64,000 nt of DNA from an uncultured Planctomycetaceae bacterium (GCA_963813715.1 CAWFAK010000005.1:1024001-1088000), one strand, 5' to 3'; shown: positions 50,870 through 63,867, counted from the first letter of the stretch. Numbers and translations are program-made. Notes: generated from the sequence alone by a model not told the origin.

Positions 50870-51295
50870 ATGAGTCTCGACCGTTCCGCGCTCGCCATCG
50901 CCGAACCCGTCCGTCTGACGCGATCCTCCCGCCCCGCCTGGAGGCAGCGGCTGGTCGACGCCGAGCGGGGCGTGATGCAGGGGATTCGCGGCGACAGCGC
51001 CTTCTTCGTCTATTTCTTCCTGTCGAGCGCCACGGTTGCCGCGTGCGTCGTCCTGGGCATCTCACTCATCCAGTGGACGATCGTGATCCTGGCCTTGACG
51101 CTGGTCCTTTCGGCCGAGATGTTCAACCAGGTGCTGAAGGCCCTGCTCTTGGGCTTCGGCCGGCCCGTCGACGATGCGGCCCGCGCGGCTTTGCGGATCG
51201 CCGTCGCGGCCGTGTTCGTGGCCATCACGGGCTCGGTGATCGTGATCGGGTTGATCCTGGGACAAGCGGCCGTCGACATGTTCGGCGGCGGTTGA
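50870..51295 (+). CDS. Diacylglycerol/undecaprenol kinase (DgkA) family protein, divergent
   Basis: Amphipathic helix + 3 TM; SAEMFN motif; AAAV in TM3. Confidence 0.7.
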   Translation: MSLDRSALAIAEPVRLTRSSRPAWRQRLVDAERGVMQGIRGDSAFFVYFFLSSATVAACVVLGISLIQWTIVILALTLVLSAEMFNQVLKALLLGFGRPVDDAARAALRIAVAAVFVAITGSVIVIGLILGQAAVDMFGGG

Positions 51296-51310
51296 ACGGG
51301 CGCGCTGGAC

Positions 51311-52288
51311 GTGGACTCCGAACGGCAAAGCTTCGTCGTCCAAGCGCCGCAAGCCGGTCGCACCGTCCTCTCCGCTCTGCGCGATTGGCTGCCCGGCCAG
51401 TCGTGGTCGGCCCTGCGAAAACTGCTCGCCGCCCGTCGCGTACTCGTCAATCACGCGCTCTGTCTCGACGAGGCCCGCCGCTTGAAGGAGGGAGAAGTCG
51501 TCGAAGCTGTCCGGCCGCGCCACCGTCCGCCGCCATCGGCCGGTGACGTCGGCGTCGTCTACCTCGATGCCGACGTGATCGTCGTCGACAAGCCGTCCGG
51601 CATGATCACGCTGCGGCACGCGGCCGAGCGGGACTGGTCGAGCGATAAGAAAAGCCTCCAGCCGGCGCTCGACGACTTGCTGGCCGAACTGATCGCCCGC
51701 CGCGAGCATGTCCCGCCAAAAGCGGTCGGCCCGATCTTTTCCGTCCACCGCATCGATCGAGAAACGAGCGGCTTGCTCGTCTTTGCTCGCCGGCCGGCGG
51801 CCCGCGACGCGCTGATCGCGCAGTTCGAGGCACACTCCGTCGAACGGATGTACCTGGCCGTTGTGCAAGGGGACATCGCCGCGCAGACCTTCGATTCCTA
51901 CCTCGTGGAAGACCGCGGCGACGGCCGCCGCGGCAGCACGGCGGTTCCGGGCGCAGGCAAACACGCCGTGACTCACGTTCGCCCCCTCGAGCGACTCGAC
52001 GGTTGGACGCTGCTCGAATGCCGCCTCGAAACGGGCCGCACGCATCAAATCCGCATTCACCTCTCCGAAGCCGGCCATCCGGTGTACGGCGACACGAAGT
52101 ACGCCCCGGCTCTGACCCCGGAGGCCCGGTCGCGAGTGCAGCGGCTGGCTTTACATGCGGCGATGCTTGGCTTTGACCATCCAATGGATGGCCGTCATTT
52201 GCGATTTGAGTCGCCACCGCCGAGGGATTTTCAAGCGATCGTTTCCGTTTTTCGCGCGACGAATGTCGGAGGAGAACCGGCGGGCTGA
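51311..52288 (+). CDS. RluA/RluD-family pseudouridine synthase
   Basis: S4-like N-terminus, VVDKPSG, HRIDRETSG, LETGRTHQIRIH, GDTKY, LHA. Confidence 0.93.
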   Translation: MDSERQSFVVQAPQAGRTVLSALRDWLPGQSWSALRKLLAARRVLVNHALCLDEARRLKEGEVVEAVRPRHRPPPSAGDVGVVYLDADVIVVDKPSGMITLRHAAERDWSSDKKSLQPALDDLLAELIARREHVPPKAVGPIFSVHRIDRETSGLLVFARRPAARDALIAQFEAHSVERMYLAVVQGDIAAQTFDSYLVEDRGDGRRGSTAVPGAGKHAVTHVRPLERLDGWTLLECRLETGRTHQIRIHLSEAGHPVYGDTKYAPALTPEARSRVQRLALHAAMLGFDHPMDGRHLRFESPPPRDFQAIVSVFRATNVGGEPAG

Positions 52289-52303
52289 CACCCGCCGCTC
52301 GCC
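52278..52303 (+). repeat. REP-like hairpin, same family as 31064
   Basis: CGGCGGG-CTGACA-CCCGCCG-CTCGCC, overlapping the stop codon of the pseudouridine synthase gene. Confidence 0.65.
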
Positions 52304-52309
52304 AAGGGG

Positions 52310-53557
52310 TCACAGCACGCGCATCCAGACCGCGCGGAGGTACTCGCCTTCGGGGCAGTTCGAGGCGACCGGATGGTCGGCCGCGGCCCCCGTCTTCTCC
52401 AGGATTTGGAACGTGCGGCCTTCGCGCTGGAGGCCGCCGTCGGGTGCGTCGCCGACTGGGCCGGCCTGGCGGGCTGCGCCGCGGAGCAGTTTGAGGAACT
52501 CCGCTTCGTCCAACAGGCCGCTGCAAGTGCAGGTCAACAGCAGGCCGCCCGGACGGACGAGTTGGATCGCCAGGCGGTTGAGGTCGAAATGTTTGCGGCG
52601 GCCTTCGTCGAACTCGTCGCGGGTGCGGATCAGCTTAGGGGGATCGAGCACGACGACGTCGTACTGCCGGCCGTTGCGGATCATGTCCCGCATGTAGGCG
52701 AAGACGTCGGCCGTGACGAAGTTGACGCGCACCTGGTTAAGGCCGGCATTTTCGCGGGCCAGGCGGATCGGATCTTCGTCGAGGTCGACCCCGGTCACCT
52801 CGGCCGCGTTGCCGAGCTTCTTCGCCTGCAGCGCAAAGCCGCCCGTGTAGCAGCACAGATCGAGCACCGATTTCCCGGCGCAGTAGCCGGCGAGCCGGCG
52901 GCGGTTCTCGCGCTGGTCGCAGAAGAAGCCCGTTTTGTGTCCCCCCTCGAACAGCACGCGAAAACGGGTGCCATGCTCCTGAATGGTGACCGTCGAGGGC
53001 GCCTGCTCCGACTGCAGCAGGCGGCCTTCGAAGGCTTCTTGTGCGACGGTCGCCGGCCCCGGCCGCACGATCCAGGCCCGCGTGCCGGTCAGTCGGGCCA
53101 GCCGCTCGAGCAGGTCGGCACTCCGCTGGTACATCCCCAGGCTGAAGGCCTCGGCCGAGAGGACGTCTCCCAGCTTGTCGACGACGATGCCGGAAAGGCC
53201 GTCCCCCTCCGAGTGAATCAGCCGATAAGAGTCGGTGATCGCGTCGAGCCCGAGCAAATCTCGCCGCAGAGCGACGGCCGACGTCAGCCGCTCGCTCCAG
53301 AAAGCCTCGCCCGGCGGTTCTGGCCCCGAGCTGAGCAGGCGGACGGTGATTTCGGCCCGCGGATTGAAGTGCCCGTAGCCGATGACCGTGCGACGATCGA
53401 GGCGGACGGCCACCAGGTCGCCGGGCCGAGCCGCCGCGTCGAACCGGTCGATCCGCTTGCGATACAGGTACGGATGCGAGGCCGCCGTCTTGGCCAGCAC
53501 GCTCGGGAGTTGGTCGAAGTCATCGGGAACCAGCGGCCGCTGCTCCGGCTGCAGCAC
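52310..53557 (-). CDS. rlmI: RlmI-like class I SAM-dependent rRNA methyltransferase
   Basis: PUA-like N-terminus, HSEGDGLSG, GHKTGFFCDQRENR, LDLCCYTGGF, LDPPK, EGEYL. Confidence 0.8.
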   Translation of the reverse strand: MLQPEQRPLVPDDFDQLPSVLAKTAASHPYLYRKRIDRFDAAARPGDLVAVRLDRRTVIGYGHFNPRAEITVRLLSSGPEPPGEAFWSERLTSAVALRRDLLGLDAITDSYRLIHSEGDGLSGIVVDKLGDVLSAEAFSLGMYQRSADLLERLARLTGTRAWIVRPGPATVAQEAFEGRLLQSEQAPSTVTIQEHGTRFRVLFEGGHKTGFFCDQRENRRRLAGYCAGKSVLDLCCYTGGFALQAKKLGNAAEVTGVDLDEDPIRLARENAGLNQVRVNFVTADVFAYMRDMIRNGRQYDVVVLDPPKLIRTRDEFDEGRRKHFDLNRLAIQLVRPGGLLLTCTCSGLLDEAEFLKLLRGAARQAGPVGDAPDGGLQREGRTFQILEKTGAAADHPVASNCPEGEYLRAVWMRVL

Positions 53558-53806
53558 GTCAGTGGGGATGCGCCCGGAGATTTCCCAGAAAACCGCGCGG
53601 GGGGCCGTCCGGACGGCTGTTCCGGGGGGGAACGATCAAACTGTCGCCGGGACATGTGGGGAAGTTCTTGAATCGATTGGGAATGGGGCGGTCGGCCGCG
53701 CGCGAAGCTTTTATCGTAAAGATCGCGAGTCCGCCTGGCGAGCGGCCCCGTCGCGGCGGTTTCTCCCCGTCGCCTTCAGATCCCCCTCGTTGGGTTCCGA
53801 TTGGAC

Positions 53807-53815
53807 TGCTATAAT
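53807..53815 (+). promoter_or_regulatory. Extended -10 element upstream of the iscA-like gene
   Basis: TGCTATAAT about 100 nt before the ATG. Confidence 0.5.
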
Positions 53816-53917
53816 TGGAAAGAACCCGCCGGGTGACCGGCTGAACGAGCTGGCTTGCCTTTGGGTCGCGGGTCGATTGTCGCCTTCAATTGAAAGCAGA
53901 GAGGGAGTCCGGAACCG

Positions 53918-54250
53918 ATGTCAGTCACCATTACTGAAAAGGCTGCCAAAGAAATCCAGCGCGTTTTGAGCGAACAAAAGATGCCGGAGACCACCGTGCT
54001 GCGTATCGGCGTGGCGGGCGGTGGCTGCAGCGGCTTCCAGTACAGCCTCGGCTTCGACGAACAGACCGACACCGCGAAGGACCATGTCTCCAAGCAGCAT
54101 GGGATTCCGGTCGCCGTCGACAAGAAGAGCGCCCTGTTTCTCGACGGGACGACGGTCGACTTCTATGACGGGCTCGAGAAGCGGGGCTTCACGTTCGAGA
54201 ATCCGAACGCCGTGAAGACCTGCGGCTGCGGCCACAGCTTTTCGGCCTAA
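53918..54250 (+). CDS. iscA: A-type Fe-S cluster carrier (IscA/ErpA/HesB)
   Basis: [22 protein letters not shown]. Confidence 0.9.
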   Translation: MSVTITEKAAKEIQRVLSEQKMPETTVLRIGVAGGGCSGFQYSLGFDEQTDTAKDHVSKQHGIPVAVDKKSALFLDGTTVDFYDGLEKRGFTFENPNAVKTCGCGHSFSA

Positions 54251-54341
54251 GACGGGTTCTCGGCCCGATCGCTTCGCCCACTGATTAAATCGAGTGGCAC
54301 TGGTGGCTCGTCCGCCAGTGCTTCTCTTTTGCGCTCGCGCG

Positions 54342-54924
54342 CTAGCGTCCGCCCGGGCCGCGGGTGTTCTCTTCGATCGTCAGCAGCAGGTTGATCACCT
54401 CGCGGAAGGCGAAGAAGCCGAGGGCCGCGATCAGGCCGGCAGCGAATTCTCCCAGCGCGGTAGAAGATCGCGTACGTGCGGGCCTGGGTCGCCTCCATCA
54501 CGAAGGCAGCCCGCAGACCGAAGAGCAGTCCGCCAAACGCCGCCACCACCGCGAGGCCGGCAAGCACCGTGTAAATGGTGGCGATGGCCTCGAGGACTTT
54601 GAACGACCGCGTGGTGTACCGCATCGCCGGCGCGACCGACACCGTCGGCCCACGCGACGCTTCCTCCGCCACCTCCAGCTGAATGGCCGCGAGCGCGGAT
54701 AAGGGGACCGCCGACACCGGCGTGACTCGTGGCTCCGGCTCGTTGGCCCGCTCGACCGGTTCGGCAATTGCCTCGGCCAACATCGGCGCGTGGACGATCC
54801 GCGCCGCGGCTTTCTCTTCCGCCTCCCGACATTGCGGGCAGCGCGAGGGCGTTGGGGCCGTCGCCGGAATGGCGAAACGCCGCTTGCAAACCGGACAGGT
54901 CCACTGAATTCGTTCGACAGGCAT
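54342..54924 (-). CDS. Zinc-ribbon + 2 TM hypothetical protein (frameshift near 54455)
   Basis: CPVC...CPQC N-terminus, TM helices, C-terminal LLLTIEENTR in the shifted frame. Confidence 0.65.
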
Positions 54925-54951
54925 AGCCACTGTGCCGCACCGCGCGATGAT

Positions 54952-56419
54952 CTAGAGTTCGAGCTGCATTACTTCGTCGTACGTCTCGGCCGGAAACTTC
55001 TTGCCGCAAATCGATTCGAACTGCGACGCGGCCCAATCGCGGAAGACCTCCCACGGCTCGACCACCTTGCAGCCGCGGGCCCGCACCTCCTGCAGCAGCT
55101 CGGTTTCGTACGGCATCGCGCCCAGGTCCATCACCAGCATCGTCGGGCGGAAATAGCCCGCGTTGATCTCGGCTTTCTGGTGCCCCATCTTGATCGCCGC
55201 ATCCGCGATCACGACGACATCTGCCAGCGTATCGTACAGCGCATGAAACGGCACATGACGGACGTTAAATTTCTGCGCGAGTTGCTGGGAGACCTTTTCG
55301 TCCGGCCCCGTCACGCTGACGATGCCGCTGTGTTTTTGAATTCCGTACACGAGGGCCGGCGCCATCCCCCCCGAACCGACAACCAGCACGTTGCGTCGCG
55401 CGAGCGGCTGCTCGTCGGGCGACTTTTTGTCCAGTCGCCCCTCGAGGGCCGCCAGCGCCCGCCTCCAGATCGTATTGTACGCCGTCCAGCCGTCCGGCTG
55501 CCGCGCCAAGAGGTCTGCGTAGCCGCTGGGCTCGGCGGAACCTTCGCGTCGTCCGGCCGCCTGCGCCGCCTCCGACCGCCAGACTCGGCGCGACGAGCAG
55601 TGCGTGAATCTTCAAGCCCTCCAACCGCGTGAGCAGCTTGTCGAACGAGTGCACGGTCAGGGGCAAACACCGATGGCGATCGTCCAGCTTGCGGAAGGCC
55701 GCGTTCAGCACGCGGGCCGTGATCCCCGTCTGCCGCTCGATCGGTCCAACGAGCCCGACAAACCGCGTCTTGGGACCGATGTCGTCCCAGGCGTAGTTGT
55801 CCTTGAGCTCGCTCACCGTCGGCTGACCGGGGAACGATTCGAGTCCCTTCTCGAGCGCGGCGTACGACCAGGGGGCTTCGAGCATTTTTCCGAGCAGCGC
55901 GAGTGTCAGCGCGGCCCGGCCGAGCCCCAGTCCCACCACGGGCAGCGATCGCTTCTGCGACAAGAGCTTGAGCAACGGCCACGCCGCCTCGAACGTCGGC
56001 GTGGGCCAGGCGAACTTGATCGCGTCGGCCTTAACGGCGGCCGCTTCCTCGAATACCGCGTCCAGATCGGCAGGCGGACCCGAGAGCGACGTCACTGAGA
56101 TCAGCCGCTTGGTTTTGCCGAACCGCGGCACCTTCGCGGCCGTCTCGAGATCGAGCTCGATATATTCGGGCCCGGCGACGATGGCCTGCCGCAACAGCGT
56201 CATCCGCTCTTCGTCGGTCCCCTCGAACTTGCCTCCGTCCTGCGGGCGGCGGCAGGCAATGGCGACCGGCTTGGGGATGCCCTGCAGAATGTCGCCGATG
56301 TCGGGCTCTTTGACAAAGTAATCGACGCACAGCTCGATCAGGTCGCACTGACCGGCCGCGTTGAGCAAGTCGGCCTTGGCCAGCTTGCGGGACACCGGAG
56401 CGACGGAAATGCACAGCAT
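54952..56419 (-). CDS. Type I dehydroquinate dehydratase / shikimate dehydrogenase fusion homologue, degenerate (frameshift near 55540-55575)
   Basis: CRRPQDGG, IKFA and PGQ in the DHQase barrel; VVGSGGMA Rossmann motif; ORFs 55265..56446 + 54952..55509. Confidence 0.85.
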
Positions 56420-56461
56420 GATCGATCCGCCTCCCGTCGCTTTCATCGATTGTCGAGGAAC

Positions 56462-56582
56462 CGAGCGGCCAGCGTAAGCTGGCCGAGGCTCACCCGGACG
56501 AGCCCCAACCCATTTGAAGCAAATGCAAGTGAGTTGTGAAGACGGCTTTTTCGATCCTCCGCGGGTTTACACCCGCGGCTCG
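56462..56582. repeat. Inverted REP doublet (REPIN-like)
   Basis: CGAG-CGGCCAGC-GTAA-GCTGGCCG at 56462 and CCGCGGGT-TTAC-ACCCGCGG-CTCG at 56559, in opposite orientation. Confidence 0.65.
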
Positions 56583-56623
56583 GGATCGCGCGTATGAATC
56601 TGCCAGGGTTGCTGCCCGCAGTG

Positions 56624-59058
56624 TCAGTCCGCGGAGCTCTCCGCCTCGACCTGTGTCGTAATACTTCCGAGCCTTTTCGTAGGCCGCATTGGCTGCGGCG
56701 CGTTCGCTCTCTCGGAACCGGGTCGACTTCTTCCGATAGCAGACGTCGACGGCCCGCCGGCACCAGTCCGCGCTCTTGCGGCTGCGCGGATCGGCTTGCC
56801 CGCCACCTCGACGAAGACCGGATTCGTGTGCACCGACGGAAAAATCCGCACCGCGATCCAGCTCGACTTCGGCACGTCGATCTCGAAACTCATCGGCCGC
56901 GTCTCGCCGTCGGCAACAATCTCCTGCCGGGCGACCGGGTGGTCGTTCACGATGATCTCAACCGGCACCTTCCGCGTGTCGCCGATCCGCGCCCGTTCGA
57001 TGTGCCAGTAGGGCTTCTGATCGAGCCGCGCGTTGCGGATTTTCTCGGTCTGCTCCGTCGGCTTTTCCTCGAGCCGCGCGGCCACGTCGAAGGTCACCTT
57101 CACCTTGCCCGGTTTTGCGAGATCGAGCTGGCTGAGCTTGCCGTTCGATCCCGGCTCGCCGACCGCCACATCGTTCACCTTGAAATCGAAGATGTGGCTC
57201 CGCCCGTCGCCGCAGTAGCTGCGTCCGTCACGCACGCCCAAAATCCACGTGTCGTAGTCGAGCGGCTGATCGGGCTTCAGCTTGACGTAGATTCTTCCCA
57301 GCCCCACCTTGTCGCCGTAGATGCACGGGAAATCAGTCTCGCCGCTGATCCGCGTGCGAACGCCGCAATTCAGCGCGTGATACCAGATGTTGAGTTCCCA
57401 GATCGACGGCGTGTCGACGGCCGAGATGAAGTCGCAGACCCCGTTCGGCCCGGTGACGATGAATTCGTTCGCCCCGATCCCGTCGAAGCCGGGCATCGCG
57501 TAGTCGGGCAGCTTGTCGGCCGCACGCCCCTCCCACGCTTCCCCGCGGCGGTGAGAAGTCCAGGGCTTGCCGCGCGTCCCGTCGGGCAGAATATCGGGCA
57601 GCTCGAGCCCCCAGCCGCTGTGGCTGTAGCCGACGACCGCCCCCTGCTTCTGTCCCCATTCGAGGATCGGCTGCGTCCACGTCGGCCACTGCTCGATCAG
57701 CGTCGTGCCGGGGTAATCGTCTTCCTTCAATCGCAAGAGGCACAAATGCCCGGCGTGCGACGAGGGGAACCCGCTGACCTCGACGTCGTAGCGCATCAAG
57801 TAATTCGGGCCGCGACAGGGCCGAGACCTTCCCCTCGAAATACTGCTTCTGCGTGTACCAGCAGGGACCCCAGCTCAGCACGCAGCCGACGTTGAGGTCT
57901 TCGCCCACGACGTGCCGCATCATGTCGGCCGGCGTCACGCCTTCGGTCGGGCTGTCGTAGTGCGCACAGCCGGCCGCATGCACGTGATGATCGCCCGAGA
58001 ACCAGTGCCGCTCGGCCGGATGAATCCACCGCTTGAGATAGAAGTTCTCGTTCTGCGTCGCGCCCGGCCGAACCGTGGTTGTCTGCGTCTCGACGAGATA
58101 CTCCGGCCCGCGCGTGTACTCGAAGGTGTACTCGCCCGGCGGCAGCTCGATCGATTCGCCGTCGGCCCGATAGACCTGGTCGTGAAAGAAGAAGTCGGGA
58201 GCCAACCGCCGCGCCGGGTTCGGATAGACGTGCCCCAGCGTGTCGCGAACGGTAAAGCTGGCCATCGTCGGCTTGCCGTCAAAATCCTTGACGCCCAGCA
58301 CGACCTTCACCGCCGGCCGACAGTCGAACAGGATCGGCACACTGTTGCGAAACCCCAAATCCTGCGTCCCCGCCCCCACGTTGAACCCGAGCACCGCCTC
58401 CCGCTTCCCGCGATCGCGGCTGTAGAGCGAGGCGATGCGATACTCCACGCCCAACCCCGACAGCTCGCGCTTGAGCGGCTGCTTGTCGTACATCTCGAGC
58501 GCCAGCCACCGGTCTTTCACCTCGGCCGGCGCGATGGCCAACTTCGGATCCGTCCAGCGGCCGCTCCCGCGCCCCGTGCCCCTGCAAATAAACGGGCCCC
58601 AAATTCGGCGACTCGGGCCGCAACACGGGCGTAATCCCCGCCTGGTTGACCACCTTGACGAGAAACGTCCGCCACCCCTGCTGAATGAGTTCCTTCGCCG
58701 CCGGCCCCTCGACCGCCGAAACACGACTCTCCGGATTGATCGTCACCGCGACAAGACAATACGGATCAAGAATCTCTTGTATCTTCCGAATCGATTTCTT
58801 CTCGTCCGGGTCAGCCCAAGCCGCCTCGAGCGCTTTTTTATCCTCTTCTTTTAACGGCGCCCCCACAAACTTGAGCGCATCGACCACCCGCCGCGTCGCC
58901 GAAACCAACGGCTGCTGCTCAACCTCAACCACCAGCGGCATTTTTTGTGGCGGCCCAGCCGCGTGCAGCCGGGATGGCGCGCCCAACGCATGCAGGGCAA
59001 GCAATGCGACGACGAGGTTGAACGCGCGAAACCAACGAGCGCAAGGGGAAGCGTTCAC
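56624..59058 (-). CDS. CehA/McbA-type PHP-like metallohydrolase, exported (several frameshifts)
   Basis: Signal peptide; FSGDHHVHAAGC, SSHAGH, YSHSGWG, SGETDFPC, HTNPVFV across ORFs 58279..59244, 57333..58724, 56624..57799. Confidence 0.8.
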
Positions 59059-59240
59059 GATGATGCTCTCGCAAAAAGCGCTGGCGAGTTCGATCAAACC
59101 CTGGCGACAAGCTGGCGGGTGCTCTTCAGGCAAATTCCAATTTTTGCCCGGCGGGAATAACTCCATTCTGGGCACGCGGGGGCGAGGTGGCAAGCGGAGC
59201 GGCCGCGCGGTCGGTCGAGAGGTCTGACCCGCCGCCTCGC

Positions 59241-61640
59241 TCACGTCGGCGTCGCGTGTCCCCGGCCGTCGGCGTGCGGAGACTCCGCATTAGGTCTTCG
59301 GTTCAGGTCTGAAAACGAAAGAAAATCATACGGTTCGGACATTTGGTCGGTGTCTCGACCTATGAGCACGACTCGCCGGGCGGCGCATTTTTCGTGCGCC
59401 TCCCCCATCAAGCGATTGGCAGTGGCATTTCGCACTTCGCGACTTAGATCGCGATATGCAAAGCCAACTAAGGCGCATTCGGACTCGGTTCTCGGCGTCA
59501 TCATCATGACCGCATCTCGTCCGCTTTGCTTTCCATATCGGCGAACGAACGCGACTGCCTCCAAGAATCTGGTTTTCCATTTCCTGCTGGTCAAGATAGC
59601 CCGCGTCTAACAAGCAGGCGGCGATCTCCCACTTTTCGATGCGATCAAGCAATTGGACGCGATCTACCAGTCTGCGCCACCACGGAGTGAGCAGCCGCCG
59701 GGGTGGAGGCACCTTAAGCTGAGGATCGGCCCAGTTGGCCATGTAATAGCGTCGGAGCTCGTTTGATTGGGCTGTGAAGTTCATCTGCGGTTTTCGAGCA
59801 CCTTCGCAGACGGGCGGAGAGAGCGAGCTGCTGAGGTAATAAACAAGGAGATCCTCTTCGTCACCGCTGTAGTCGACTCGCTGCTCCCATTCGCTCCGCC
59901 GCCAAAAGTAGTGCAGTCGAATTCAGGAGACTCTAATGCATCCAACACAACGATAAGATCAGCGAGCGACAGAGAGACAACTGGACGCCGTTTGGGATCG
60001 ACCAATCCAGCCTTCACGAGTGCACTCCAGCAAAGCGTGTACGCAGGGAGCCAATCGAGCGTCACAGACACGCAGACGGCGCACCGTATATTTGAAGCGG
60101 GTAGCCGAACCGTTTTGCCGGATCGCAACTCGACGTCGAAGTCTTCCGTCGCGTCCTCCAGCCTGCTGGCGAATCGGCTTGATTGCGTAGCCGGTTCGTC
60201 GACAAGTCGCTCGAAGTCGCGTTTTAGGCGCGACTCACCGCCGCGCCTCGCTGAATCAGATACGCGATTTGACTTTGCCTCAATCACAAGCGCGATTGAT
60301 CCTAACACCACTACTAAGTCCGTCTCGAATCGTTGACCCGACTGCGGGTCATCCCAGGAGATGTTCCGTTCGACAACTCCTTGTGGAAATGCTCCTCCAA
60401 ATCTTCTGGAGAGCGTTTCCTCTAGGTAGTTGGCTCTTCGATCCAGATATCGATTCCATAATCTGTCGTGCGGCTTTAGTAGTGCCTCTGCGATTTCCAG
60501 GAAGAAGCTGTTGAACAGGCCGACAATCGGGACGAAGTACGTGTGATCACCTAACGCAATCAGTGGTTTTAGGCGGATCGGGCTTTGCGTCGCCAAGTGT
60601 TCGAAGGGAAATGACTTTAGGTCTCCGAAGCGATGGCTGAGGGTCTTCAACAATGCGTCAAGCGTCGACTGTTCGATCGCTCCCGGAAACATCGACTGCA
60701 ATTCTTTTCGGTCGAAGATGTAGCAATTGGGGAAAAACTGGTGGAAGAATGCAAGGCGACGAAGCGAGCAACCGAACTGGCAGCTTCAGCCCGCGGAGCT
60801 TGTCCAAGAACGCGGCGGCCTCTTCCTTGCCCTCGCCAACCAATTCGCACCAAGCCTCGACTGTTCCTCGCAACGTTGATCGTTGAAATCCGATCCCGAT
60901 AGCCTCCCTTAAGGCTGCGATGCGGTCGCAGCTGCAATCCATGATGTTGTCGCAGAAGGAAAGGAAATCGCCGGTGCTGAATCCCAGTTCGGCAATCACG
61001 TGAGGTTCCATCGGCGCAAATAAATCGCGAACGATCTCACGCATATGTTGCGGAAACGCCCAATTTCGCAGAATCCGAGTGTGAAGGCGCAGGCAATCGC
61101 ACCCACAACAGCGTGGCTACGTGATCCCTCCGCCTTCGCTAAATCTGCATAGGCGCACTCGTTCAGCGCGTCGAGGCACGACTCGGCCAATTCGACACAC
61201 TTGCCGAGACTGTCTTGAAGAGTTGCCTCGCGCCCCTGCTCTTCGGCGGGTATCGCGAGCACGAGAGATTGCAGAAGCTCAATCGCCGCCTGCGACGGCT
61301 TGGAGTCGCCAGTATAGTCGGTGATCGGACCGCTCACGGCGTGCAGTCCGTAAAGAGCGGCCGCGCTCAAGAGTTCCAGCGGTTCAAGTCGCTTGAGCAG
61401 ACGCTCCAAGTTTGCCTTCGATTCATCGAGGTCGGACTCGGCACGTCTCCCCGCCGCTGCTAGTACGGAGCGTCGTTCGTCATCCGTGAGGGACGCAAAT
61501 GGATTCTCCATGAGAAAGTTGTGCTGGATCGGCGTCGAAAAGCCCGGCGGGATCACTCCGCCCGAGGCGTCTGATCGTCTCTGACGCCGCGGACGCGCAC
61601 GTTGACCTGCCTTGCGTCTTCTGGCCACGGGAGTATCCAA
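59241..61640 (-). pseudogene. Large NERD / PD-(D/E)xK nuclease-domain protein gene, fragmented
   Basis: Five overlapping fragments; YLEE...ETDLVVV...VIEAKS nuclease motif, Q helix, GDEEDLLVYYL; lower GC than flanks. Confidence 0.65.
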
Positions 61641-61877
61641 GAGTTTCGAGTGCGCTTCACATTGAGAGGGCGCATTGGATCATGGAAGAGCGTCAATAAT
61701 AGGACCACCAACTTAGACAACGTATATCGAAGCGGGGTTCTGACGCCTGGGCTCCGGTTGGGCGAACCCCTGGGAGGGGTGGCACTCCTCTTGCGACCCG
61801 CGCGAGCGGGCGGGATAGGGAGCCTCTTTTCTCGTGTTCAAAGCCACCGAAATCCGGGTGACACTCCGTACATGAAA

Positions 61878-62142
61878 GAGTGTCGCCCCCTTCGGGGGCT
61901 CGGGTCATCCACGTGCGACCGAGATCCACGGGCTTACGCACCGTGGCTAGGGGAGTGCCGCCCCTCGGGGGCTCAACAGAAGGCGTGTTTCAACCTGGCG
62001 TTGAACGCGCTATCGTCGGCGGCGTGGGAGGTCTCTTCAGCCCCAACGGGGCGAGATTCTATAGCCCAGGTTGGAGCGCAGCGCAGGCCTGGGATCTCGG
62101 GCCGTCCCAATTCGGTCCCTCTTGAGCCCCAACGGGGTGAGA
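61878..62142. repeat. Inverted pair of tripartite REP/MITE-like hairpin units
   Basis: GCCCCCTTCGGGGGC, CCACGG..CCGTGG, GCCCCTCGGGGGC, then the mirrored GCCCCAACGGGGC, CCCAGG..CCTGGG, GCCCCAACGGGGT. Confidence 0.65.
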
Positions 62143-62565
62143 CAACCTCCGCTCGCGCAGTTCGTCGGCCGCGCATCGACCAGGCATTTCCATCGGTCCC
62201 AAGTCGAGCTTTGGATCGACGGAATTTTCCGAGTTGTTTCCAGACGCGTAGAAACGCGGGGTTCTTTGCCCGCCGCTTGGCGCGGTAGGTTGACGGAAGC
62301 CGGCATGTGGCGGAGTCGTTCGGGGTGCGCCACGGCAGCCGAGAACCCACTCTGCTCGGCGGGACGGGACACGTTCCAGCGAGTCCAAGGTCCAAAGTCC
62401 AAAGTCCAAGGTCAGAGAAGAGAGGCGATGGGGTCGGGGTCCGGTCCGGACACTTTCGCCAAGCGGGCGAGACCTGATTATTGCCAGCAAGGCACCAAGG
62501 ACACCAAGAAATGCTAAGCCGCTGAGTAGGAATTTACTTGGTGCTCTTGGTGCCGTGGTGGTTAA

Positions 62566-63843
<1,278 letters not shown>

Positions 63844-63867
63844 CTCTTGAAAAGAAACACAGCCGCT

